Positions 1 to 8,894 are shown, counted from the first letter of the stretch. The stretch: DNA of 44,270 nucleotides from a virus (IMGVR_UViG_3300024232_000022:1-44270); one strand, 5' to 3'. A program made the numbers and translations. The notes: a model not told the origin generated them from the sequence alone.

Positions 1-14
1 GAAGGTGGCGTGAC

Positions 15-2135
15 ATGGTAGAGCCAACTTATCGCCCCGGGGTGCTCTCCGAGAGCGGAATACTTCCGATGCTCACGGGCGACAGCGGCCCGGTATCGCT
101 CGAGGACATCAAGCGCCGGCGCGCAATCGCGGCGGCACTCGCTACACGGTCGCGGCCGTTCCCCAAGACGATCGGCGAGGGCCTGACCTCGATGGGCGAG
201 GCGTTCGGCGACGTCATGGCCGACCGGCGCCTGAGCGAGCAGGAGCGAGCCTATGCCGGCGGGAGGGCAGCAGACCCATTGTTCCGCCCGCCCGGCAGCA
301 ACCCTGCCGCAGGTGCGGTGGCTCCTGCGAAACCCGTTGCGGCCATCCCAGCGGTAGAGCCGGGTGTTGACCCCCGCGCCAGGATCGCGGCCGTGGCAAA
401 CCCGAACGATCCTGCCTTGCGCCCCGCGGGGGTGGCGTCGCCGGACCCTACGCAGGCGGGGGAACAACCCCCGCAAGTTTCCCCGACCGCTACGGCTTTG
501 GAGGGAGCTTCGCCGACCGCTGGTGGTGACGACCCGGTCTGGGCCGCGCGCCAGGGCGCGATTGGCGGTATCGAAAGCCGTGGCCAGCCCGACCCGTACC
601 AGGCGGTCGGAGCGCCGACCAAGTACGGCCGCGGGCTCGGGCGCTATCAGGTGGTCGAGGCCAACATCGCGCCGTGGACACAGGCGGCGCTCGGCCAGGC
701 GCTGACGCCGCAGCAGTATCTCGCCAGTCCGCAGGCGCAGGATGCCGTATTCAAGCATCGGTTCGGGCAGTACGTCGACCAGTTCGGCGAGGAAGGTGCG
801 GCGCGCGCCTGGTTTGGTGGGCCAGGCAACGTCAACAAGGGCGACCTGACCGACGTGCACAAGCGGCTGTCGATCGCCGACTACGGCAAGAGCTACATGG
901 CCGGGCTGCAGGCCGGCACCGACCCGACCCGGGTTGCCGCCTACGCGCCGGCCGGCACGGCAACCGACGCGCCCTCGCCTGCGGCACGGGGCGGCATGGC
1001 GATCCCGCCGCTGGCCGAGGAGAACCCGGTTACCCCGAGCGACATCATGCCGGCGCCGCGTGTAATGGCGGAGTTCAAGCCGCCCGGCGGCAGCGGCGTG
1101 GTCCCCGGCGCTGCACCTGCAACTCCCGCCAGTGCGGCGCCGGGGGCTGTGCCGGCAGCACCGCCCGCGCTGGCGGGAACAAGGAAACCGCTGGGTCTTC
1201 CTCCCGCACCGGATCGGGCGGGGGAGCCGTTGTCCGACGAGGAACTGCGCGGCATCGCCATCATGCGCAAGTACCCCGGTGACGAGCAGGCGCAGGCGCA
1301 GGCAAAATTGTTGATGGAATACGGCAAGTCGCGCCGCGACGAGGCGTATACGCGAAAAGTCGAGGAGTACAAGAACCGCGTCGACCTGGAAAGTAAAAGG
1401 ACACTCGCGGAGGAAGAGTACACACGTAATCTGCCGAAAACCGAGCAGGAAATGGCAGAAAGGCAGATCAAGATCGACGACGCGCGCGAGAAATCCGTGC
1501 TGCAGGCGCGGCTTGGTGGGCGCGAGCCGGAGAAGTTCTTTACTGAATTCGATAAGCAGAAACAGGCCGCGATAACACACGCCCATGTTGTCAACCAGAT
1601 CGCTATTGCAAGAGATGCAATCAACGCCGGCGTTATCACCGGGACGGGTGCGGGTTGGCGCATTGATGCCGCCAAATTGGCGGATTTGGTGCAAAGCAAC
1701 AAGTTGCCTGGCACCATTGCGTCGAACACCGAGCGCATGCAGGCCGCACTTAATTCGATGCTGTCGATTGGCGTGCAGAGCATGCAAGGCAACGATCCGA
1801 AGGTGTCAAACGCTGACATTGACATCGCGCGTGGTACAGTGGCTGCAGACCCGAAGTTGCAACTCGAAACCATCAAACGGGTCATGAGCGAAATGGAACG
1901 CATTGGGCGCGCAAAGCTCAATGATTTCGAGGATCAGCGCGATTATTACCTGAAGGGTACACGCGCCGAGCGGGCTTATCAGATCCCGCTAACGCCAACC
2001 GCACCGGACCAGCGCTATATCGATGCGCTGATCAAGAACAAAAACAATGCTGACGACCGCGCCGAATTTGATCGGCGGTTCGGCACCGGAGCCGCCGAGT
2101 TGGAAATCGCCCGCGCCAAGCGGCGAGAGAGATGA
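15..2135 (+). CDS. Internal virion / DNA-ejection protein with lysozyme-like (lytic transglycosylase) domain, allele A
   Basis: 706 aa; IGGIES...GLGRYQV...QDAVF...AARAWFGG resembles a lysozyme-fold domain; Pro/Ala linkers and a helical C-terminus; follows the S74-domain ejection gene on the circular map. Confidence 0.7.
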   Translation: MVEPTYRPGVLSESGILPMLTGDSGPVSLEDIKRRRAIAAALATRSRPFPKTIGEGLTSMGEAFGDVMADRRLSEQERAYAGGRAADPLFRPPGSNPAAGAVAPAKPVAAIPAVEPGVDPRARIAAVANPNDPALRPAGVASPDPTQAGEQPPQVSPTATALEGASPTAGGDDPVWAARQGAIGGIESRGQPDPYQAVGAPTKYGRGLGRYQVVEANIAPWTQAALGQALTPQQYLASPQAQDAVFKHRFGQYVDQFGEEGAARAWFGGPGNVNKGDLTDVHKRLSIADYGKSYMAGLQAGTDPTRVAAYAPAGTATDAPSPAARGGMAIPPLAEENPVTPSDIMPAPRVMAEFKPPGGSGVVPGAAPATPASAAPGAVPAAPPALAGTRKPLGLPPAPDRAGEPLSDEELRGIAIMRKYPGDEQAQAQAKLLMEYGKSRRDEAYTRKVEEYKNRVDLESKRTLAEEEYTRNLPKTEQEMAERQIKIDDAREKSVLQARLGGREPEKFFTEFDKQKQAAITHAHVVNQIAIARDAINAGVITGTGAGWRIDAAKLADLVQSNKLPGTIASNTERMQAALNSMLSIGVQSMQGNDPKVSNADIDIARGTVAADPKLQLETIKRVMSEMERIGRAKLNDFEDQRDYYLKGTRAERAYQIPLTPTAPDQRYIDALIKNKNNADDRAEFDRRFGTGAAELEIARAKRRER

Positions 2136-2138
2136 CCC

Positions 2139-3839
2139 ATGGGCGCCTTTGACGACGTTGATGCCGCCATCGCAGCCGAACGCAGGAACGTCGCGCCAGG
2201 CGCTTCGGCGCCGGCTGCGGACATGAACACGAAATATGGTCCGCCTCCACCCGATACATCGACTTCCGGCGGCATGTTCGATCGCATGCTGGTATCGAAG
2301 CCATCAATGGCGGCGCCCAGTCCGCCAAAGACATGGGGCGAGACGCTCTCGCTGGAGAACATCCGCAACACGCTGGACCCCTCGACGCGCGGCATCGTAG
2401 AAGGCATTCCGGCTGCTGGCCCAGTGATCAATCAAGGCATCGCCGGCGCGGCGGCATTGCCGTCGGCTCTTATTCCCGGCCGGACAGTGAGCGGCTCTTA
2501 TAACGATATCATGCAGGAGGGCGAGCGCAACAAGGCGGCGCATCCGATCTCGAGTGCCATTGGTCAGACAACTGGCAGTGTAGTGTCTACCGTGCCTGTA
2601 GCGCGGGCGTTCCCGAAAGTGTTCGGCGGCAACAGTTTCACCGGTCAGACGGCTGCTGGCGGGGTACTGGGCGGTACAGATGCTGCGGTACGCAGCGGCG
2701 GCGATCCGACTGAAACCGCGAAGGGTGCGTTCATTGGCGCGGCCGGCCCCACCATGGGCAGCCTCTTTGCGCCGGTTGGGCAGGCGATTTCGTCGGCGGG
2801 GCGCTGGGTCGGGCAAAACGTTCCCGGTGTCAAGTCGCTGGTGCCGAAGCGCGCCGAACTGAACTACCAAGGCGCGCTCGATGCTGGCGACCAAGGATAC
2901 AAGTCGCTTGGCGGCATGGCAACGTATGATCCTGCGGCGCGCGACGATCTGGTTCGATTGGCTTGGCGCGACATTCGTACTGGGTCCATAGGTACCAAGG
3001 ACAGCGCGCCGAATACGTTCAGAATAATGAATGATCTCACAACCATGCCGTCCAACCCGGCATCATTGCATAACGTCAGAAAGCAGCTGCAGGAGACCAT
3101 AAACACCGCGGGCGCTGGATCTGCGGAAGGGCAAAGCGCGCTGTACGCCAAAAACAAGATTGATCAGTTTCTGTCGGCGCCCCCGCCGAACGCCGTTGTC
3201 ACCGCCCCGGGCGTGCAGCCGGCCGATGTCTTTCGAACTCTGAAGGAAGCCGATACCAACTGGCGCCAGGGGATGACCGTCAAGAATGTTCGTGACCGTG
3301 TCGCCAAGGCCGAAGTCGATGCGTCCGCTGAGAACAAGTTCGCCCCGATCCTGGCCGAAGGCAGCGAGACGCGCAAACAAGTGCGCAATCTGCTCAAGAG
3401 CAATCGACAGGCCAAGTTCCTGCAGCCGGAGGACACTGAGGCACTGCAAGGCGTTGCCAGTGGCTCGCTTGGTGAACGGGCACTACAAGTCGGTGGGCTG
3501 CTATCTGGCACGCGCAGCGGTCTAGGGTCACTGCTTCCGGGATCGTTGTCTTATCTTGGGTTGGGTGGGTGGCCGGGAGTGGCTGCTGTAACAGTTGGTG
3601 GAGGGCTCGCAAATGCAGCAACCACCGGCTTGACCCGACGCGCCGTGAACGAAGCTGAACGTTCGATCTTGTCGCGCTCGCCTTATGGCCAGGCTGAACT
3701 GGCTGCTGCGCGCCCGCCGAGTGTCATCGGTTATGGAAACCCCGTCACGCCAGGACAGCCAATCGGGCCAATCCCTTACCGCAATGAAATTGCCCGCCTG
3801 ATTGCCCTGCAGGGCGAGCGTGCCGCAGTGGAGGAATAA
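2139..3839 (+). CDS. Internal virion / DNA-ejection protein, allele A
   Basis: 566 aa, Gly/Ala-rich with glycine-zipper-like hydrophobic stretches; located between an ejection gene and the tail fibre. Confidence 0.6.
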   Translation: MGAFDDVDAAIAAERRNVAPGASAPAADMNTKYGPPPPDTSTSGGMFDRMLVSKPSMAAPSPPKTWGETLSLENIRNTLDPSTRGIVEGIPAAGPVINQGIAGAAALPSALIPGRTVSGSYNDIMQEGERNKAAHPISSAIGQTTGSVVSTVPVARAFPKVFGGNSFTGQTAAGGVLGGTDAAVRSGGDPTETAKGAFIGAAGPTMGSLFAPVGQAISSAGRWVGQNVPGVKSLVPKRAELNYQGALDAGDQGYKSLGGMATYDPAARDDLVRLAWRDIRTGSIGTKDSAPNTFRIMNDLTTMPSNPASLHNVRKQLQETINTAGAGSAEGQSALYAKNKIDQFLSAPPPNAVVTAPGVQPADVFRTLKEADTNWRQGMTVKNVRDRVAKAEVDASAENKFAPILAEGSETRKQVRNLLKSNRQAKFLQPEDTEALQGVASGSLGERALQVGGLLSGTRSGLGSLLPGSLSYLGLGGWPGVAAVTVGGGLANAATTGLTRRAVNEAERSILSRSPYGQAELAAARPPSVIGYGNPVTPGQPIGPIPYRNEIARLIALQGERAAVEE

Positions 3840-3842
3840 ACC

Positions 3843-5381
3843 ATGCCACGCAATCCAGGGACGGGGGTGTACAGCAAGCCCTCTCCCGACGTGATCACCG
3901 GCACGACGATCGAGAGCACGGTCTACAACACGTTCGTCGGCGACGTTGAAACCGACCTGAACCTGCCGCGGCCGGTCAGTTCGGGCGGTACCGGCGCGAC
4001 CAGCCCTGACGGCGCATTGGTCAACGTGTCGGGCGAGAAAGCCGCGCAACTCGTGACCAGCTACGACACGCATCTATGGATGCCCGGTTCGTTCCGGTCG
4101 GCTGCGGCTGCGGCTGGCGCGCCGAATGCTACCAGCAGCTTTGTCGGCACCGCCTACATCAATGAGGCACTCGCCAATCCGCCAACCAACCAGAATGTGG
4201 TGCTGGAGGCGCGCGATCAGAACGACACCGGCTACGTGCCGGGTCGCACCTATGTGCGCGAGAAGAAGGCGGGCGTGTGGAGCGCGTGGACCGGCGGTAT
4301 CTACGCCGCCCCGTTCGACGCGATGGCGTACAGCGGGATGCAGGTGAATGGCGGAATGGAGGTTAGTCAGGAACGCGGCTTTGGTTTTTTCACTTCGACC
4401 AGTAACACTTACATTTGTGATAGCTGGTCGTTGTATAGGGCAGGCACGATGGTGGTTAACGCTACGTCTGCTGCACCGGGAGTTAGTCTTGGTATTTCTA
4501 GTTTTCCCAATTTGATTTTGATCAATACTGCTACAGCGCAAGCATCACTGGGATCTGGCGACACAACGAGCATTCAGCATCGCATTGAAGGCTATCGCAC
4601 TGTGCGACTTGCCTGGGGGACGGCAAACGCAAAGCCAATCACCATCGGGTTTTGGTCATCGCATCATCGAACAGGTGTTTATAGCGTTACATGCCTCAAC
4701 AATCTGGAGAACCGTTCTTATTGCGCTACCTACACACAAGTTGCAGTTGATACCGCGCAATATAATGTCATTACAATTCCCGGTGATGTCGCTGGGACTT
4801 GGGAATATGGTAATCAGCCGGGGCTGAGAATTACTTTCGCTATAGCAATGGGTAGCACCTACACAGCGCCAGCAGCAAACACATGGAACGCCGGTATTTT
4901 TCTTGCCGCACCGGGGCAAGTGAACGGTGTTGGCACAACAGCGGATGTTTTCCGCATCACCGGCGTCGTCGTACTCCCCGGCACGCAAGCCCCCACCGCA
5001 GCACAATCGCCGCTGATCATGCGTCCGTATGATCAGGAGTTGGTGACATGCAAACGGTATTTTTACGTGCTCGGTGAAGGCACGTCTACGACTAATACAT
5101 TGGGAACGGGACATTACTTCTCTGCCGCACAACTCAACCTCCCTGTGCAACACCCTGTTCAGATGCGCGCTGCTCCAACACTGGGGGTTACAGGTGGCGC
5201 TAGTTTCTTTTCAGTTTCTCGTAATGGCGGTTCAGAAGTGTTTAACAGTTTTGCTTCGAGTGCCCTAAGCCCAACATCCGCTCTTATTTATTCGGGCGGG
5301 ATGGCTGGAACGGCAGGACAAGCGGGTTGGGTGTTTTGTAACAACGCGGCTGCAAAAGTCTCATTCGACGCGAGGCTGTGA
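3843..5381 (+). CDS. Tail fibre / receptor-binding protein
   Basis: 512 aa; N-terminal MPRNPGTGVYSKP anchor, GGTGAT motif, beta-rich body and RPYDQELVTCKRYF motif before the last domain; lower-GC variable segments. Confidence 0.75.
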   Translation: MPRNPGTGVYSKPSPDVITGTTIESTVYNTFVGDVETDLNLPRPVSSGGTGATSPDGALVNVSGEKAAQLVTSYDTHLWMPGSFRSAAAAAGAPNATSSFVGTAYINEALANPPTNQNVVLEARDQNDTGYVPGRTYVREKKAGVWSAWTGGIYAAPFDAMAYSGMQVNGGMEVSQERGFGFFTSTSNTYICDSWSLYRAGTMVVNATSAAPGVSLGISSFPNLILINTATAQASLGSGDTTSIQHRIEGYRTVRLAWGTANAKPITIGFWSSHHRTGVYSVTCLNNLENRSYCATYTQVAVDTAQYNVITIPGDVAGTWEYGNQPGLRITFAIAMGSTYTAPAANTWNAGIFLAAPGQVNGVGTTADVFRITGVVVLPGTQAPTAAQSPLIMRPYDQELVTCKRYFYVLGEGTSTTNTLGTGHYFSAAQLNLPVQHPVQMRAAPTLGVTGGASFFSVSRNGGSEVFNSFASSALSPTSALIYSGGMAGTAGQAGWVFCNNAAAKVSFDARL

Positions 5382-5452
5382 TGGCAGATTATCAACTCAC
5401 CGCAACTGATGTCGTCATTCGTACTGCGGACGGGACGCGCCATGCCAGCTAA
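5381..5452 (+). pseudogene. N-terminal stub ([23 protein letters not shown]) of the gene continued at 6034
   Basis: Translated by hand; aligns to [21 protein letters not shown] of 6034-6348; its ATG overlaps the tail fibre stop codon. Confidence 0.85.
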
Positions 5453-6041
5453 AATGTATGACGGATGTTCCTATCCAGGCTGTTCAAGACATCACGTCGG
5501 TCGCGGATATTGTAAGCTGCACTACGACCGCTTGATGAGGACCGGCACGGCAGAACCAAGCCTTCGCGCGAGTGTTTTCTCGTCAGATGATATCTGGGAT
5601 GCATTCTCTCAATTGTTTGCCTTGGCAACACCAAACGAAAGCGGATGTTTGATATGGCCGGGGTCGAAGACGTTGGACGGGTATGGACGGCTTAGTAAGG
5701 GGAAAACATACAAAGCCCATCGTCTTTCGTATGAGCGCAGCAATGGTCCTATTCCAGCGGGTATGGAAGTTTGTCACACCTGCGATAATCCGCCTTGTGC
5801 CAACCCACGACACTTGTTTGTCGGCACTGCCAAAGACAACGCAGCGGACAGGCAAGCAAAGGGTCGCGGACGGCATGAATTGAAATGTATCGATTTTGCG
5901 TTTGTATCTCCGACGGGGGAAGTAGTGCAGGGTAACGGGCTGACAAAGTTCTGCGAAATGAACAATCTATGGCAGCCAAAAATGACTGAAGTCATGAAAG
6001 GCACGCGCGCACATCACAAGGGATGGACACGTCATGTCTGA
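5442..6041 (+). CDS. HNH homing endonuclease (His-Cys box-like / HNH_3 type)
   Basis: AHRLSY...[16 protein letters not shown]...TAKDNAAD core, N-terminal CSYPGC...GYCKLHY zinc motif, C-terminal HHKGW; lower GC; start at 5442 or 5454. Confidence 0.92.
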   Translation: MPAKMYDGCSYPGCSRHHVGRGYCKLHYDRLMRTGTAEPSLRASVFSSDDIWDAFSQLFALATPNESGCLIWPGSKTLDGYGRLSKGKTYKAHRLSYERSNGPIPAGMEVCHTCDNPPCANPRHLFVGTAKDNAADRQAKGRGRHELKCIDFAFVSPTGEVVQGNGLTKFCEMNNLWQPKMTEVMKGTRAHHKGWTRHV

Positions 6042-6348
6042 ATACCAACTCACGGCTGCTACTGAGCCATGTGTCGTAATAAGATACCGCGACGGCGCAA
6101 GCATTCCGCCAGACATGGCTAACCGGGACTATAACGGCGACCAGTTCAGCCCCGGCTACATACAATGGCTCGCGGCGGGCAACACGCCCGACCCCTACGT
6201 GCCGCCGCCCGAGGTGCCGCCGACACCCGCGCCGGAAACCACCGTGCTGTACGATCACGAGAACAGGCTGCGCGCGATCGAGGGTGAGCCGCCGCTGACG
6301 CTCGTGGACTTTCTCACCAAGGCAACCCAGACGAAGCCGCCGCCATGA
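6034..6348 (+). CDS. Tail-fibre-associated (assembly chaperone-like) protein
   Basis: [10 protein letters not shown]...[14 protein letters not shown] motif typical of small genes following tail fibres. Confidence 0.6.
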   Translation: MSEYQLTAATEPCVVIRYRDGASIPPDMANRDYNGDQFSPGYIQWLAAGNTPDPYVPPPEVPPTPAPETTVLYDHENRLRAIEGEPPLTLVDFLTKATQTKPPP

Positions 6349-6614
6349 TGGTCGAGGCCCGGTCATGGTTCAAGGAGAACTCCGTCCTTGTCTCCTTCCT
6401 GATCGGGCAGGCGATATTGGCAGGAGGAGCCATCGCGAGCATCATTGCCTACGCGGCACGGCTTGAGAGCAGGGTCTATACGCTGGAGGTTCGCGGCTCG
6501 CCGCATCTTGAGCGGATCGACAACCGGCTGACCGCGCTGGAAGGCCGCACCAAGGAAAACAGCGATCGGCTCGAACGGATCGTAGACGTGCTCACGCGCG
6601 AGAAGGGAAGATGA
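6345..6614 (+). CDS. Small membrane protein with coiled coil (holin/antiholin-like)
   Basis: One hydrophobic helix followed by heptad repeats; ATGA-coupled. Confidence 0.5.
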   Translation: MMVEARSWFKENSVLVSFLIGQAILAGGAIASIIAYAARLESRVYTLEVRGSPHLERIDNRLTALEGRTKENSDRLERIVDVLTREKGR

Positions 6615-6820
6615 CCATGATCGGAACATTGGTATCTGTCATCCTAATGTTAATTGTGTTGGGCGTGATCCTCTGGGCCGTACAGCAACTGCTCCCGCTT
6701 ATCCCGCTTCCGGCCCCGTTCGCTACCATCATCAACGTGTTGATCGTGGTGATCTGTGTGATTGTTGTGGTCTATGTGATCGCGAGCCTGTTGGGGGTGG
6801 CGTCTCCGATCAGGTTTTGA
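6611..6820 (+). CDS. Two-TM membrane protein, holin candidate
   Basis: 69 aa, almost entirely hydrophobic, two helices joined by PLPAP. Confidence 0.55.
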   Translation: MTMIGTLVSVILMLIVLGVILWAVQQLLPLIPLPAPFATIINVLIVVICVIVVVYVIASLLGVASPIRF

Positions 6821-7041
6821 GAGCCGTGTCGACCCGCTACCACCCTATCCGCCACGCCCTCCTGATATCTGTCGGGGTTGTAGCGACTAGTTGCCAGCCC
6901 TACGGGCGCTGGATCTACCAGGAAACGCCAGTCGTCAATCCGTGCCCGGGCGGACTGATCAAACAGACGAAGCGCACCACGGAAACGAACCGCGAGAGGG
7001 TGCGCCAGACCGTGGTCAATACCGACAGCTGCCTGGAGTAA
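6817..7041 (+). CDS. Putative small lipoprotein (spanin-like candidate)
   Basis: Basic N-terminus, hydrophobic stretch, imperfect lipobox VATSC; TTG start overlaps the upstream stop. Confidence 0.4.
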   Translation: MRAVSTRYHPIRHALLISVGVVATSCQPYGRWIYQETPVVNPCPGGLIKQTKRTTETNRERVRQTVVNTDSCLE

Positions 7042-7044
7042 GCC

Positions 7045-7197
7045 ATGAACCACGACGAGCCAGACCGAAAGCTTCCGCAGCCACCCCAGCCGGCGGTACG
7101 CATCGCCATCGAGGTGCGCGAGGACATGGCCCGTGACGTGGTGATCGTCATCAACGGCGTGCAGGTGATCGGCGGCGGGGTTGACGAGGAGCCATAG
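7045..7197 (+). CDS. Hypothetical 50-aa protein (below ORF-track cutoff)
   Basis: GGAG RBS; MNHDEPDRKLPQPPQPAVRIAIEV...VVIVINGVQVIGGGVDEEP; GC3-rich codons. Confidence 0.55.
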   Translation: MNHDEPDRKLPQPPQPAVRIAIEVREDMARDVVIVINGVQVIGGGVDEEP

Positions 7198-7238
7198 GCG
7201 CGGCTAGGGTCGCGGCGCTCTGTTAGTGTGTTCCAAAC

Positions 7239-7287
7239 CATAGCAACGCCCTGGAGGCTGCGTAGCGCCTGCCAGGGCGTTGTTATG
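7239..7287. terminator. Long hairpin between convergent transcription units, likely bidirectional terminator
   Basis: catagcaacgccctgg / ccagggcgttgttatg 16-bp stem with one G-U pair. Confidence 0.7.
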
Positions 7288-7295
7288 TGTACCGA

Positions 7296-8000
7296 TCACA
7301 CGGCTCGGCGTCTACGCCACCGGCCAAGTCCAACCAGCCCCAGACAACCGGCGAGCACGCCGGGGATGCCGGCGCCGACGATCGGCCCAGGGACCGCAAG
7401 CGGCACGATGTAGAAGCTCTCGCCGCCGTCGGACCCGCCTTCGAACTGCGCCTGGAAGATCAGGCGATCGCCCACGTTGAGCCCTGACAGGTCGAACCCG
7501 GTCAGCAGGTAGTCGCCCTTGCCATTGCCGGGGCGGATGTCCGGCATCGAATACGGCCCGTCGAAGAACGACAGCAGCTGGATGTTATTATTGCTGCCGT
7601 CGACCCGCCACAGGCGGAAGGTATCGAGCGTCATCGCCGGTGCACCCTCGGCCGAGTTGACGTCGATCACCACACCGAAGGTAACGCGGTCGGCCAGTGC
7701 CGTGATGATCTGGCCGGCACTGTACGGCACGGCGTTGACTTCATCGCCACTGGGCAACGAGCCTCCGACAAGCGCCGTCGAGAAGAAGTTGCCGCCGTCG
7801 GTTTGTCCCGTGTTGATGAAGTTGTTGAACCCGAAATCAATCGGGTTGTGCGCCTGTTGGGTGGCGCAGATGATACAGGGGGCGCTTGCCGATTGTGGCA
7901 CCGCCGAAGCATCGTCCAGAATACTGATCGAGAGTGCACCAGCATAGGCAGGGCAGGCCAGCGCACCGAGCGCGGCCGCCGTTAACAGCAGTTTTCTCAT
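7296..8000 (-). CDS. Secreted protein with PEP-CTERM-like C-terminal sorting signal
   Basis: Signal peptide MRKLLLTAAALGALACPAYA; C-terminus VPGPIVGAGIPG + hydrophobic helix + WRRRRAV. Confidence 0.85.
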   Translation of the reverse strand: MRKLLLTAAALGALACPAYAGALSISILDDASAVPQSASAPCIICATQQAHNPIDFGFNNFINTGQTDGGNFFSTALVGGSLPSGDEVNAVPYSAGQIITALADRVTFGVVIDVNSAEGAPAMTLDTFRLWRVDGSNNNIQLLSFFDGPYSMPDIRPGNGKGDYLLTGFDLSGLNVGDRLIFQAQFEGGSDGGESFYIVPLAVPGPIVGAGIPGVLAGCLGLVGLGRWRRRRAV

Positions 8001-8066
8001 GAGATAGCCCCTTGTGTGACGCGGCTGCAGCCGCAATGGCAGTGTTGACGATGTGACAACCCGTTC

Positions 8067-8261
8067 CTATCGCTGTTTTTTAGACAACGGTTGGTCTAGC
8101 ACATTGATGGCCAGCCCGGCGATTTCGTTCGCCCGCTGCCGGAGGACTTCATCGCGCAGCCGGCGGATCTCGACGGCCGCCGCCTTGAGCAGTTCCTGGT
8201 CGGCGTCGAACCTGGTCTTGCTGGCAGCGCGACGGCAAAGCCGCTCGAGAATGTCGCTCAC
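8067..8261 (-). CDS. Small protein of the DIVERLR/EAADEIERLR-type family
   Basis: GTG start after GGAGG; MSDILERLCRR...AAAVEIRRLR. Confidence 0.65.
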   Translation of the reverse strand: MSDILERLCRRAASKTRFDADQELLKAAAVEIRRLRDEVLRQRANEIAGLAINVLDQPLSKKQR

Positions 8262-8515
8262 TTGAGCCTCCATATTCGGACCTTGCCATCGGGCTGTAGT
8301 TTGCAAGCAAATTTGCGTCCGAGCCTGCCGCCCTCCTTTGCGGCCGATGTCGCTGCGGTGTATTTTGATGCCCCGTGAACAAAGCTATCGCCGACCTCCA
8401 TCTCGGCCCAAGGATATTTCTTGTTACGGCTGGGATAGCCGGGGGACGGGAAATAGGGAACATACTTGTCGATCGGCACTCGCGGATCGTCTGGATCACG
8501 TTTCGGCTTGTTCAT
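8258..8515 (-). CDS. Small basic putative DNA-binding protein
   Basis: KYPWAEMEVGDSF...GRKFACK...VRIWR motif common in phage proteins; ATGA-coupled. Confidence 0.7.
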   Translation of the reverse strand: MNKPKRDPDDPRVPIDKYVPYFPSPGYPSRNKKYPWAEMEVGDSFVHGASKYTAATSAAKEGGRLGRKFACKLQPDGKVRIWRLK

Positions 8516-8616
8516 CGGTTGCCCCGGATCTCCGCGAGCAGACAGAAATGCGCGAAGGTGAACAGGCCGCCGACCGCGGCGCCCCACAGCAGGGCGGTCA
8601 ACTCGAAGCCGGTCAT
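8512..8616 (-). CDS. 34-aa single-TM peptide (below ORF-track cutoff)
   Basis: MTGFELTALLWGAAVGGLFTFAHFCLLAEIRGNR; ATGA overlaps with both neighbours; GGAGG upstream. Confidence 0.6.
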   Translation of the reverse strand: MTGFELTALLWGAAVGGLFTFAHFCLLAEIRGNR

Positions 8617-8867
8617 GCCGCGCCCTCCGGTTCCTGCTGCTCCAGCTCGTAGATGTCGGCGACCTGCGCCGCATGTTCGCGGCAAGTCTTGTTGATCGCC
8701 TCGACCAGCGCGTTGGCAAGCTTCTGGTCGCCGATGAACATGGTGAGGGTCGATCCGCGCGACTGCAGATCGAGCAGCTCGAGACTGAGCGGCGCGCCCA
8801 TCGTGCGGTTGGAGTAGGCGCGGATGTACTTGATGTCGTGGATCGTGGTCGTGGTGTGAAGGCCCAT
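8613..8867 (-). CDS. Hypothetical protein, first gene of the leftward operon
   Basis: AACGGAG RBS ahead of ATG 8867; phage-like codon use. Confidence 0.7.
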   Translation of the reverse strand: MGLHTTTTIHDIKYIRAYSNRTMGAPLSLELLDLQSRGSTLTMFIGDQKLANALVEAINKTCREHAAQVADIYELEQQEPEGAA

Positions 8868-8894
8868 TGGGGTGCTCCGTTCGTGTGTTCGGGC

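Larger units (their letters stand above)
1..3979 (+). repeat. Copy A of an imperfect terminal direct repeat
   Basis: 1-234, ~432-1145 and 3843-3979 are near-identical to 40386-40619, ~40877-41586 and 44134-44270; the intervening segments differ. Confidence 0.95.

Noticed and set aside
1-234. Simple circular-assembly overlap or fixed direct terminal repeat
   Set aside because: Copies contain substitutions and large non-homologous blocks, so it is not an exact overlap; treated as a finding instead.
3843-5381. Diversity-generating retroelement acting on the tail fibre
   Set aside because: No reverse transcriptase and no template/variable repeat pair with adenine-specific differences was seen.
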